Part shown: positions 51,820 to 63,346 of the stretch, piece after piece
Layout of the letters: the number at the start of each line of letters is the position of its first letter
Numbering within the stretch: the first letter of the stretch is position 1
Source of the DNA: Cetorhinus maximus
Taxonomy: Eukaryota
Direction of reading: 5' to 3'
DNA length: 64,000 nt
Assembly: GCF_964194155.1 (NCBI RefSeq)
Contig: NC_135881.1
Location: forward strand, 156,240,001 to 156,304,000
The notes under the pieces: generated by a model
What the model was told of the DNA's origin: nothing
The model's input: only the letters and a program-made list of their open reading frames with translations
Database searches by the model: none
Position numbers and translations under genes: made by a program

Positions 51820-52832
51820 ATGGCTGGTCGGCACCTAGCGACACCCAGGGTCTATGGACACCGCCTGCCATTCCTGCAGATGACCGAGAACCAGTGTCGC
51901 CGATGACTGCGCATGTCTAGGGACCTGGTGGCTCACATCTACCTCTTACTGCAGCACTTGGGGCCAAGGAGACGTGGAGGGTGTCCACTGCCAGTGGCTG
52001 TGAAAGTGACCGTGGCACTCAATTTCTATGCCGGTGACTCCTTTCAGGGCTCCACAGGTGATCTCTGTGGGATTTCACAATCCGCCACCCACAAATGCAT
52101 CCATGAGGTCACGATGCCATCTTCTCCATGGCACACAAATTTGTGCATTTCACCCGAGACAGCCAGGATGCAAGGGCCATTGGATTTGCCCGGATCTCGG
52201 GATTCCCACAGGTGCAGGGTGCGATTGACTGCACTCATGTGGCACTCAGGTCTCCATCACTACACTCAGTGGACTTCTTCAACTGCATGGGCTTCAACTC
52301 ACTGAATGTGCAACTGGTATGGGACCACCAGAAAAGCATCCCGCAGGTGTGCGCACAGTTTCCAGGGAGTGTGCACAACACCTACATCCTGAGTCGCTCG
52401 CAGATCCCTGCAGTCTTCCAGGGTCCACAGAGGCTGCAGGGTTGGCTCCTTGGGGACAAGGGCTACCCACAGAGGCCATGGCTGATGACACCCATGCAGT
52501 GGCCTCAGACTGCAGCAGAGCGACGCTATCATAAGGCTCATGCTGCAGCTCACAACATGGTGGAGCAGACCATCGGGATGTTGAAAATGTGGTTCTGGGT
52601 CCTGGACTGGTCTGATGGAGCCCTGCAATACAGTCCGCAGAGGGTGTCACGCGTCATCGTCGTCTACTGCATCCTTTACAACCTGGTGCTGCAACGGGGA
52701 GAGGAGCTGCACGTCTCCTTCAATGAGGACCCGATGGGGATGAGGGTGAGGGTGTCTTCGGAGGCGATGATGACAGGCATGAGGCCCTCGCACTGGCTAG
52801 ACGAGGCAGGCACACTTGGGAGGCCCTCATAG
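51820..52832 (+). pseudogene. Harbinger DDE transposase (HARBI1-like)
   Basis: GAIDCTHV, LLGDKGYP and VEQTIGMLK give the D-D-E triad; stop near 51904 and frameshift near 52110. Confidence 0.92.
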
Positions 52833-53889
52833 ATCCAGATTTGTGGAGGATGATGACGACATGCAGTGAGGTATCCCCGTAGATCTTCACATCGCAGTTG
52901 TGAACATTTGACTCCAGTCTGACTTGTGGCAGCGCGAATACCCTCTGTGAGAATGCTCCTGTCATGGAGATGCAGTGAAGGCCCTAATAGTCGCTCGATC
53001 ACAGGTGGATGATGACAACATGCAGTGAGGACACTCCATAGATCTTCACATACGCTCAGAATGTCTGACTCCTGTCTGGCCAAGGGCAGCTCACTTGCGC
53101 TCCATGATCAGGGCCATCTCAGGGATGCAGCCATGAAACTTTAGACACATCTGATGCTGTGTCCGCCTTCAGCACCTCAGCCCTTCAGGAGCTGGTGCAC
53201 AGCATCAGTGGTCGCAGATGCTGGTGTGATGGGGGCCAGCCCCACCTTAAAGGTGCTGAGAGCACACAGAGAGTATGAGAGAACTCGGTGGCATCTGCCC
53301 ACTACATTCTGGCAGCAATGACCAGCATTGCCGAGGTGCAGGCATCAGTAATGTTTCCAGGGAGTGTGATGCCGGACCATCACTGTGGTCTGAAGGCTGC
53401 AAAAAGCACAGGGAAGTGGCCCTGGACTGAGACACCTGCCTTTTATCTTGTGCAGAAAAGGTTTCACATCTGAGTGAAAAGAACACTGCTCATCAGAACA
53501 AAGAGCCACAGACAGGGAGACGTTCTTAGGAGTTTACTGACAATAGTGAACAGTCACAAGTGATTAACACCCATGCCCAAGCTGTGCAACTAATTTTTAC
53601 CTAACTTTCCTAACCCTGCCGCTACATCTTGGTGCTTCCCAGGCATCCACAGCAGAGGCAGCCTGCTGAGGGTGTGGGCGAGCGCTGTGACAGGGCTTCA
53701 GGGAGGGTGCCTTCAGATTCCTCTTCAGAGGTTTCTTCAGAGGCTGATTGGAAGCCCTGGGTCATGGACTCTGTCGGCTATTTGGCAGATGTGCCTGTGA
53801 AAGCGAGGAGAGATAATTAGTGCAAGGCAGTGGCACATGAAAGAGGACACATCACTTACAGCATGGTTATCTGATGGATGTTGCACTGC

Positions 53890-54539
53890 TGGATCCTCAC
53901 TTGGTAGAGCAGCGCCGATCTCACCGTCAGCACAGGACCAGTCCTGGTCATCGCCGGCCAGCTGGATGGCTGTGTTTTCAAATTCTGTCAGAACTTTGAT
54001 TTCCGGCATTCCTCTGCCTGTCTGTGACCTTTCCCTCTAGTCGTGAGCAAGTTTGTCCTGCTTGGATAGAGATGGGGAGAGTGTATCAGAATGCCTGCCA
54101 AGCCAGATGATAAGTATGCCTGGCTTATGTGGGTGGTGAGTGGTCCCATGGATGGGATGAGGATAATGATGGTGTGTGAGAAAGTGTGATTGGTGATGTC
54201 CCTTGTGCTGGCAGTGAGTGAGGGCCCCGTGGATGTGCGATGGGTTTGAGAGTGAGTGAGTGTGAGAGAGTTGGGAGTGATGAAGAGATTGCCTTGCCCT
54301 GGCGGAACGGAGGAGATCATTCATCCTTTTGCGGCACTGGGTGGCTGTCCTCCTCTGCAGGGAATTCACGCTGACCACCGCTGCTACCACCTCCCAAGCC
54401 AGGTTGGTGACATTGCTACCCATCCTGCGGCCAGAGAGGGGTAGAGCACATTTCAGTGGGTCTCCACGGCATCCAGCAATTGCTTGAGGGACCCGTCGTC
54501 GGAGTGGGGAGCTGCAGTCTTTTTCCCTTTGCTGGCCAT
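53890..54539 (-). pseudogene. Harbinger Myb/SANT-like accessory gene, spliced
   Basis: MASKGKKTAAP..LLDAVE / AWEVVAAVVS..RRTATQCRKRMNDLLRSAR, intron 54297-54058, then DKLAHD*RERSQTGRGMPEIKVLTEFE; stops and a frameshift. Confidence 0.85.
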
Positions 54540-54840
54540 GTCTCCTGGACAGCGGTGGTGAGCTGGTGGCGATGAGCGCTTTGCTGGCAGCTGCCTTTTA
54601 AAGATGGCAGTCGGAGTGATGCAACAGCGGGGTGATGGCGAGCGGGCAAACGAGAGCCCGCCTGCCATTGAAATGGCGTGTTTCCCTAGATAGCATAAAT
54701 AATGAGGCAGGCTTAGGAAGACACAGCGTGAAAACCTGCTATTTTTGTCGGCAGATAGGACTCCATTTTACCAGCCTGCTACCACACTTAGTGCAATTTT
54801 GGGAAAATTCTGCCCTATAGCTAAGTTAGCCTAACATCTG

Positions 54841-55923
54841 TGCTACAAGTACAAATGTTTTTGAGATTGCTATCTTTTGGGACTGTCTCTCTAACTTATG
54901 ATAAAATGGCGGAATGAAGGGGGGGTCATGTGACCTGCTGAATTCTGTCTGACAATAAGCCTGGGTGCCTTGGTTATTAAAGGGGCGCCCAGGTTATCTT
55001 GCTGGAAGGCGGTGCTAATTGTTCACACTTGTTGACAACAGCAAAAGTAGGTGTGCTGAGTGTGGGTTAGTCTCCAAGTCTCACAGGGAGGTACCGGGAA
55101 TGTTAGGTTAGAAGTGGTTAAACTTTAGACTGTTTAATACAAAGGCAGGTGGAGTTGTCGGGGGCGGGGGCGAGGAGAGGTGGTGGTGGTGGTGGTGTCT
55201 GGAAGATAACAAATTAGCATTTCTACCCAGACACAAGGCCCATGCAATTCACCTTGCAACTGAGATGAGCTTTAGGAAAGAAAAAGTCCATTGATAGCCA
55301 TTGTAGTATTTGGTTACAGGATTTCCAAGATATCCCTGAAGCTCTTGGACACAAGTCAGTCTGCAGTTGTCTGAGAAGCAGGAGGAGATAGAGGCAGCCA
55401 GTGCTGCACCTGAAGCAAAAAATAAAAATGCTGACTATTGTTTACCATGCAAAACACAGGTGGGAGCTTGTGCTCAGATTGAAGAGATGAGTTTGTTTGT
55501 GAGGATTTGAGAGAGGCTGGAAGAGTCACATAGCTTTGGCTAAAGGGAAGGAATCTCCAGTGTAACTCTCAGTAAAAGTCGGTTAGCAGTTACTTGATTC
55601 GGAAAGGAAAATGGAAGCAAGACCTTGGGAGCTGAGTGTAACTTGGGGCTGGTTCCTGGAGAATAAATTGTCCACTTAATGGACAGCATAAGTGACAATA
55701 TAACCATAGCTGGGGATTTTCAGTCATGCTAAAAGTTAAATGAGCAATCTCTTTTCTGTAGTTTGTAAGCTACCTACAAAAAAGAAAATAGTGCTCAATC
55801 CATGGTTTTTATAGTCGTTCATTACAGTAAAAGTTTCAAACGTGAAACCAAGATGTGTCATTCAGTTATTAACTTTTAAAAGAGAAATTTGATCTTCGTC
55901 ATCGGTCTCAACAGGGGTTAAAA
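54841..55923 (+). mobile_element. Solo-LTR-like repeat, family A
   Basis: Starts TGCTACAA, colinear with the copy at 55958, interrupts the host CR1; 3' CA and TSD are decayed. Confidence 0.65.
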
Positions 55924-56311
55924 ACTGGGAAAATGCTAGTTTCCATTATTAAGGAAGTGTTGCAATTGAGGATTAAAAGATTGGGTTGCTCTTTAATTTA
56001 AGGTAAAATGAAGGGGGTCATGTGACCTGCTCTTACGTCAACCTGAGAGAAAGCCTGGGTGTTTTGTTAGAGGTTAAAGGGTGCCCAGATAGTTTTATGG
56101 GGAAGATGGTGCAAGGTGCTTATGTTTTGCAGCAACCTGTGTACTAACAGTGGATATATTGAGTGTCTCCAAAGTCCCAGAAAAGTGCTGAGAATGATGA
56201 TTGTAAATACTGCCAAGATAGTTAATCAGCATTTCTACCTGGATACAAGGCCCATGTAATTTATGTAGTCATGGAGATGGGCTTTTAGAGGTGAAGTGTC
56301 TACAATATCCC

Positions 56312-57286
56312 GGTCATGTTCCAGTATATTATGGATTTTCAGTCAATACTTGAAAATTTTGACTACATACATTTTATTAAAATGGTCACTGGATATCATG
56401 TGACTTTTGGCTTGAGCTCCAGACAATCCCGAGTCTCAAGCAAATACCTAATTAAATATGGACATTTAAAACAATCTGGAGAATTTGCATGTCCCTTTAA
56501 GGATAGACCATCAAAAAATGAACTAAAGCATTCCAGCCAACTTGTCTGTTTCACCATGGACAAAAGAAACATCAAAACACAATGTGTGTTAGACGAACGT
56601 GAAATGGATCCCATCCCATTGACCTTTCTATTATGATGGCCACCTCATCCAAACTAGACTGGACGAATTTCATAGTGTCAAAAGGACAACACAGGATGTA
56701 TAATCACCTTTGAACTTGTACAAGTCACATGGTGATGAAGTCATTGTGTGATCTGCTTTCAAAATAACAGCAAGAAGCTACTTGGAGACATCAAACCGGC
56801 TGCAAGTCAACTAAGCAGCCAAGGTAGTAAAAAGCCATACCTTGAGAGTGGGGGAAGGACTCTCGCCAACCTGTTCCAACTTCAAGTTCACTTGAGAACC
56901 AACCTCCTGGAAATTCGACAGCAAGAGGCTTCGCAGCTTACTGAAAATCCTCTGCTTTACAGGCCTTCACTTCAAAGCATCAACTCATCTAACAAACTAC
57001 AGTTCTCCTATGAAAGAGACTGAGACAATCAAATTGTAACTGTATTGCTTTTTCCCTCGTCTGTGTATAATCTTTGTGTAAGTGACAGTGTGGATGAGGG
57101 GAGAGAAAGAAAGGGAGAAAGATCACTTTTATAAACTTCCAGGACAAGTGTGTGATAATAAGTAACCTTCCTTAAATTTAAAATTCCAGCTTGCTGCTGG
57201 AATTATTTAAATTGGGACAATCACTGAGGGTAAGAAAACACACTGATCACAAGTCAGTAAGAAACAAATAAATTCTGTCCGTGACA
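56312..57286. mobile_element. Solo LTR, family B, 975 bp
   Basis: Termini gGTCATG...CGTGACA (imperfect inverted repeat), 4-bp TSD tccc; the empty site is visible in the sister copy near 55330. Confidence 0.75.
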
Positions 57287-57655
57287 TCCCTGGAAACTCT
57301 CAGACAAGTTTAGTCTACCAGGATTTGGAAGAGGGAGAGTAGCTATAGGCTGTGGTTCATCATGCAGGAATACAGGTAGGACCTCACGTTTGGATTGAAG
57401 AGACCAAATTTATGAGTAGTTAAAACGAGGCTGGAAGATTCACATAGCTTTAACTAGAGGAAGAATCTCCTGGGAAGGGATAAATTACACCATGAAAGAT
57501 AGATGTGGCATTAAAGGTTCCCAGCCTGGGAAAGGAAAAGAACAGAAGTAAACCTTCAGGGAGCTAACCTTGGACTGGTTCCAGGTGAATTGAATGTCCA
57601 CTTTATTGTAAAGTATATTTGTGAAGTCTGTTTTTGATTGTGCTAAAAGATTGTG

Positions 57656-60600
57656 TCATAGAGGTCTACAGCACAGAAAAAGGTCCTTCGGCCCACTGAG
57701 TCTGCGCCGGTCAAACAAGTACCTAACTATGCTAATCCTATTTTCCAGCACTAGGCCCATAGCCTTGTATGCCATGGTATCGCAAGTGCACATCCAAATA
57801 CTTCTTAAATGTTATGAGGGTTTCTGCCTCTACCGCCCTTTCAGGCAGTGAGTTCAAGATTCCCATCACCCTCTGGGTGAAAAAATTCTTCCTCACATCC
57901 CCTCTAAACCTCCTGTCCCTTACCTTAAATCTATGCCCTCTGGTTATTAATCCCTCCACCAAGGGGAAAAGTTCCTACCTGTCTACCCTATCTATGCCCC
58001 TCATAATTTTATACACCTCAATCCCTCAATCTCCTCTGCTTCAGTGAAAATAACCCCAGTCTATCCAATCTCTCCTCATAACTAAAACTCTCCAGCCCAG
58101 GCAACATCCTAGTAAATCTCCTCTGCACTCTCTCTAGTGCAATCACATCCTTCATATAATGCGGATTCCAGAACTGCATGCTATACTCTATGTTAGGGGA
58201 AAATTAAAAAAGCTAAAAGAGAACATTAAGAATTTACTGAAGAACACTTAAAATCTCCAGGCAGACATGGCTGCTAAACATATTAAGAGTTGGAGATTGC
58301 CAGATGAACATTGCACAGCCTTGAGTCAGACTGGAGACACAAGAAAGGACATAAGTTAGATTAAGTGTACTCCCCTCTCACATAAGGAAGGGGCAGATGG
58401 TTTTAGCTTAGATATGGGAAGACAAACAATGGACAAAGAGGGGGCATTGATGAAACACAAACTGTCTTGAGCTGTGAGAACCAAGGTCTTTGCGTACGTA
58501 TTTTAATTTTGATTGGATAATATGATTATGTATACATCCTTTAGAATAACTGGTTAGCAAAATCACATGTTTATGTACTCAATAGGATAGAGTTAACATG
58601 GGATCGGATGTATTCAATGTACTCAAATGTATTATAAGAAAAAGTACAAAAGTAATGAAATGTAATCAATCAGGGAGCTGGGTCTTCATTCTCAGGAATG
58701 ATTGAGGCTCCCTTGCATATGCTTGAATAAAACCGCTTAAAGGAAGCCTGAGTCTCTGTGGTCGCTGTGTGATCGGGGATTGTAACTTCTCTTCAACTGG
58801 CCTATGTGGTAGTTGCAGGATTGCAACTACCTTCTTCAGTCTAGCTGTGGCCTAACCAGCATTTTATACAGTTCCAGCATAACCTCTCTGCTCTTATAAT
58901 CTACACCTCGGCTAATAAAGGCAAGTATCCCATATGCCTTCTTAACCACCTTATCTACCTGTCCTGCTATCTTAAAGGACCGGTGGATATGCACACCAGG
59001 GTCCCTCTGATCCTCGGTACTTCCCAGAGTCCTACCATTCATCTTGTAATCCTGTGCGTTGTTTGTCCTGCCCAAGTGCATCACCTCACACTTATCCAGA
59101 TTAAATTCCACTTGCCACTGATGAGCCCATCTGACCAGCCTGTCTATATCCTCCTGTAATCTAAGGCAATCCTCCTCACTATTTACCACCCTACCAATTT
59201 TCATGTCATCCACAAACTTACTGATCAACCCTCCTACATTCAAATCTAAATGGTTTATATATACCACAAACAGCAAGGGACCCAACACTGATCCCTGTGG
59301 AACCCCACTGGACACAGGCATCCAGTCACAAAAACACCCCTCGACCATCATCCTCTGCTTCCTGCCACTCAGCCAATTCTGGATCCAGTTTGCCAAATTG
59401 CCTTGGATCCCATGGGCTCTTACCTTTGTTATCAGTCTCCTATATGGGACCTCATCAAAAGCCTTGAAGTCCAAGTAGACTACATCAAATGTATTGCCCT
59501 CATCCACACACTTGGTCACCTCTTCGAAAAATTCAATCAAATTGGTCAGACATGACCTCCCCTTAACAAAACCATGCTGACTGTCCTTGATTAATCCCTG
59601 CCTCTCCAAATTTAGATTAATTCTGTCCCTCAGAATTGCTTCCAATAGTTTCCCCACCACTTAGGTTAGACTGACTGGCCTGCAGTTCCCTGGTTTATCC
59701 CTTCCTCCCTTCTTGAATAACAGTACCACATTGGCTGTTCTCCAGTCCTCTGGGACCTCTCTTGTGGCCAGAGAGGTATTAAAAATTATTGCCAGCGCCC
59801 CTGCTATCTTCTCCCTTGCCTCACTCAACAGCCTAGGATACATTTCATCTGGGCTTGGAGATTTATCTACTTTTAAGCCTGCTCCTCCCTTTCTATGCTA
59901 ATTTCTTTAATTATATCACAGTCCTTCTGCCCGATTTCTACATCCACATCATCCCTCTCACTTGTGAACACCGACACAAAGTACTCATTCAGAACCCTAC
60001 CTACGTCTTCCGGCTCCACACACAAATTACCACTATGGTCTTTAATGGGCCCTACTCTTTCCCTAGTTATCCTCTTACTCTTAATGCACTTGTAAAATAA
60101 CTTTGGATTTTCCTTTATTTTACCTGCCAATGTTTTTTCATGTCCCCTTTTTGCCCTCTTAATTTCCTTTTTAAGTTCCCCCCCTACACATTCTATACTC
60201 CTCTATGGCTTCCGCTGTTTTGAGCTCTCGGTATCTGACATAAGCCTCCCTTTTTCTCTTTATCCAATGCTGTATATCCCCTGACATCCAGGATTCCCTG
60301 GATTTGTTGGTCCCACCCTTTGTCTTTACTGGAAGATGTTGGCCCTGTATTTTCCCTATTTCCTTCTTGAATGGGTCCCACTGCTCTAACGCAGATTTAC
60401 CTAAAAGTAGCTGCTCCCACTCCACTCTGGCCAAATGATATCTGATCTTATTAAAATTGGCCTTCCCCCAGTTGAGAACTCTTGATTTCTGGCCCATCCT
60501 TATCCTTTTCCATTACAACCTTGAATCTAACAGAGTTATGATCACTACCTGCAAAATGCTCCCCCATTGATCCTCTACCACTTGCCTGGCATCATTCCCT

Positions 60601-60824
60601 AAAATTAAGTCCAGGACCACCCCCTCTCTTGTAGGACCTTCCCTGTACTGGCTTAAAAAGCTCTCCTGGATGCATTTTAAGAATTCTGCACCCTCTAAAC
60701 ATTATGACTAACCCAGTTAATTTTGGGGAAGTTGAAATCCCCCACTATTACTACCCCATTATTTGTACAATTCTCTGAAATTTGCCTACATATCTGCTCT
60801 ATTTCTCTGACTGTTTGAGGGCCT
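57656..60824 (-). mobile_element. CR1 LINE, 5'-truncated, moderately young
   Basis: 274-aa RT ORF with GVPQGSVLGP; 6-bp TSD attgtg (57650-57655, 60825-60830). Confidence 0.95.
58191..58838 (+). mobile_element. Solo LTR, family C (ERV-like), 648 bp
   Basis: TG...CA ends, 5-bp TSD ctcta/gtcta, TATA-like tattataag near 58630, AATAAA at 58726, clean interruption of the CR1. Confidence 0.8.
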
Positions 60825-62380
60825 ATTGTGGTTTAAAATATAAGTTGCCTACAAAGAGTATATAGTCAAAGGTGCTTTTAGTCTTTTGTTGCAGGAAATT
60901 TTGTTGTCATCCTTTCAGCTTTGAACTGGAAGCTCGAATTTCTTTTTGGAAGTTATCAGTCTCTAAGGAGATCATAACAAGGAGTAGCAGGACATTTCGC
61001 AAATCATAATACAGAGTTAATATGGTTTTATGAAACAAATAGTGGTTGACAAATTTATTAAGAGTTCTTTGAGGATGTAACAAGCAGGGGGTTTGAAGGG
61101 GAACCAGTATATGTAATGTATTTGGATTCCCAAGGGCATTTGATAAACAGAGCTGGTGGTGTTGAACACAATATATTAGCAAGGGTAGAGAATTAGCTAA
61201 CAGGAAACCTAATTAGGATAAATGGATCATTTTCAGGTTGGGAAATTGTAACTAATGGGGCTCCACAGGAATCAGTGCTGGGACCTCAGCTATTTACAAT
61301 CTATATTAATGACTTGGATAAAGGGACCAAGTGTATTGTAGGCAAATTGAGGTGGACACAGTCTGCAAAGGGATATAGATGGGTTAAATGAGTGGGCAAA
61401 AATTTGGCAGATGGAGAATAATGTGGGAAGAATAAAAAAGCAAAATATTTAAATAGAGACAGACAACAGAATGCTGTGGTACAGAGGGATTTGGGCATCC
61501 TTGTACATGATTCACAAAACGTTAACATGCAAGTACTAGCAAATAATTAGGAAGGCAAATGAAATATTGGCCTTTATTGCAAGCAGATGGAATATAAAAG
61601 TAGGGAAGTCTTATTACAACTGTACAGGGCATTGGTGAGACTGCAGCCAGAGTATCGTGTATAGTTTTCATCTCCTTAGTTAAGAAATATGTTTGCATTG
61701 GAGGCAGTTCAAAAAACATTCATAAGTTTGTTTCCTGAGATGGAGGGGTTGTCTTATAAAGGTAAGGCTATCTTATTGAAACATATAAGATTGTGAAGGG
61801 GCTTGACAGGGGAGGTGCTGAGAGGATGTTTCCCCTTAAGGTAGGAGGAATTTCTTCTCAGAGGGTTGGAAATCTTTTGAATTCTTTACCCCAGAGAGTG
61901 CTGGGTCATTGAATATAGTAGGCCAGACAACATTTGTAATGTGCAGTGCTGGCCCTATGTAAACTGGCTCAATATTGGCTGTCCACATTCCCATCCACTG
62001 AATGGGACCAAGCACATTGAGGATGGAGTGTGCAACAGAGGAAAATGAAGTACAAATACATTATATAATTAGCAGTTTTAAAAATTATTGATATCCAACA
62101 TATCACCATGGAACTAACTGCAAGCCATCTTACTTTAAAAAGGAGCCAGTTCCAATTTAAAAAGGCATCAGGAATGTTTGACACATGGAACATATTTTAG
62201 CCAACATTCCCCAAAATGATCCTGCTGCTTAAATCCCATACCAAATGATTCAGTTTATAGTCAATATTGTATTAAAAAACTAACAGGTCTCCTGTGGCAC
62301 AGATCAGGAGGAGTAGTTTGGACTATAATGTTGAATTACTAACTGGCCTATCCCTTTAAGGCCATTGCACATATACTCAC

Positions 62381-62518
62381 TTGTGGGAATTCCGATAATT
62401 GTAATTGCTTGCAAATTGATTTGGCTAATTTGAGGTCAAGAAATTCTATGTCAGTCGGAGGCTCCAGATTAAAAGAATCCTTAACAAAATACCTGGAGTT
62501 CTTTCCCTTTTTGTACAT
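62381..62518 (-). CDS. Candidate first coding exon of an unidentified spliced host gene (MYKKGKNSRYFVKDSFNLEPPTDIEFLDLKLAKSICKQLQLSEFPQ)
   Basis: 46 open codons in non-repetitive DNA from ATG (ctaaaATG, A at -3, in-frame TAA just upstream) to the donor CAA|GTGAGT, phase 0; possible acceptor ttacaccccAG at 62536-62537. Confidence 0.6.
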
Positions 62519-62574
62519 TTTAGAACATTATTTGTCTGGGGTGTAACGTATGAAGCACAATGAGACATACCAGA

Positions 62575-63346
62575 GCCCAGGGCTTTTATTTATAAATAAA
62601 TGGTGAGAATTGCACATTTACTAATCCATACTTCAGAGCTAAACATGGCTCTGAATTTACAATAATGACAGATTTTGCATTCAGCACCAGCCGTTCATTG
62701 CACTTAAATTTGCCCACGGGCTTTTTTTTTTAATTAGAACCTGGGGTGCTGGGAAGCCACTTGTTCCAGATTCCTTGTGGAGGGTCTGTGAACTGAGCAT
62801 CTCCTTAACCAATCACATTCAGGAATTCTTAATAAGGTACGCAGAGTGTGAACCAGGAAGTGCAAGCTAGCATAATTCATTCAATGCCAGACCATGCATA
62901 GAAAGCAAAATAGGAGGGAGGGAGAGGGAAAGAAAGATGGGTCAAGAGAAAAATGTAAAAATATTTTTTAATCTAAATTAGTTGAAATCTGAAAGAATGA
63001 GACCGTGCACTTGAAAAAGTAAAATTTCAGTGCAAAAGTGGTTGTTAGTTCGTAATTAAGATGTATTATGCCTTTGAAAAAACAACTTACACGGGAATGA
63101 ACAATCCCTACTTTTTCTGGTGTGTTTAGTGGGTAACAACTCTATGCCCTTTCACATGTTTCAATGTTGCACCTCTCAGCAAGATATTGGTATAGCAGAG
63201 TTTCTGAAGGGGCAGGACAAACTCAGAAGCACCCTCTTGATTTCAGAGCTTAATTATTCATGTGTGAGCTAGAAGTTGTTATCCAATCTACCCTTTAATA
63301 ACAGCGAGTGCTATTAGCCTCACCATTATTTTAATAAAATCTGGGC
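62575..63346. mobile_element. Old MITE with imperfect TIRs of about 30 bp
   Basis: gcccagggcttttatttataaataaatggtgag at the left end pairs with ctcaccattattttaataaaatctgggc at the right end. Confidence 0.6.

Larger units (their letters stand above)
50627..54815 (+). mobile_element. Full-length PIF/Harbinger DNA transposon, 4189 bp, inactivated
   Basis: TIRs GGGCGTAATTTTCC and GGAAAATTCTGCCC (12 of 14 match), 3-bp TSD TAT (50624-50626, 54816-54818), convergent transposase and Myb/SANT genes. Confidence 0.95.
55958..60979 (+). mobile_element. Solo-LTR-like repeat, family A, split by two later insertions
   Basis: TGTTGCAA...ATCATAACA termini; pieces 55958-56311, 57291-57655 and 60831-60979. 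Confidence 0.7.
50050..61920 (+). mobile_element. Host CR1 broken into four pieces (50050-50626, 54819-54840, 55924-55957, 60980-61920)
   Basis: Rejoined pieces read through the RQKVGNY..VSLTS..GKML.SIIKE..AGH region seen intact at 20600-20710. Confidence 0.85.

Noticed and set aside
52128-52832. Domesticated HARBI1 host gene
   Set aside because: Lies between TIRs with a TSD, next to a Myb/SANT partner, and has a stop and a frameshift
62134-62221. Minus-strand exon-like segment (cagcAG...AAA|GTAAGA) just downstream of the first exon
   Set aside because: 88 nt, stops in all three frames and a poor pyrimidine tract
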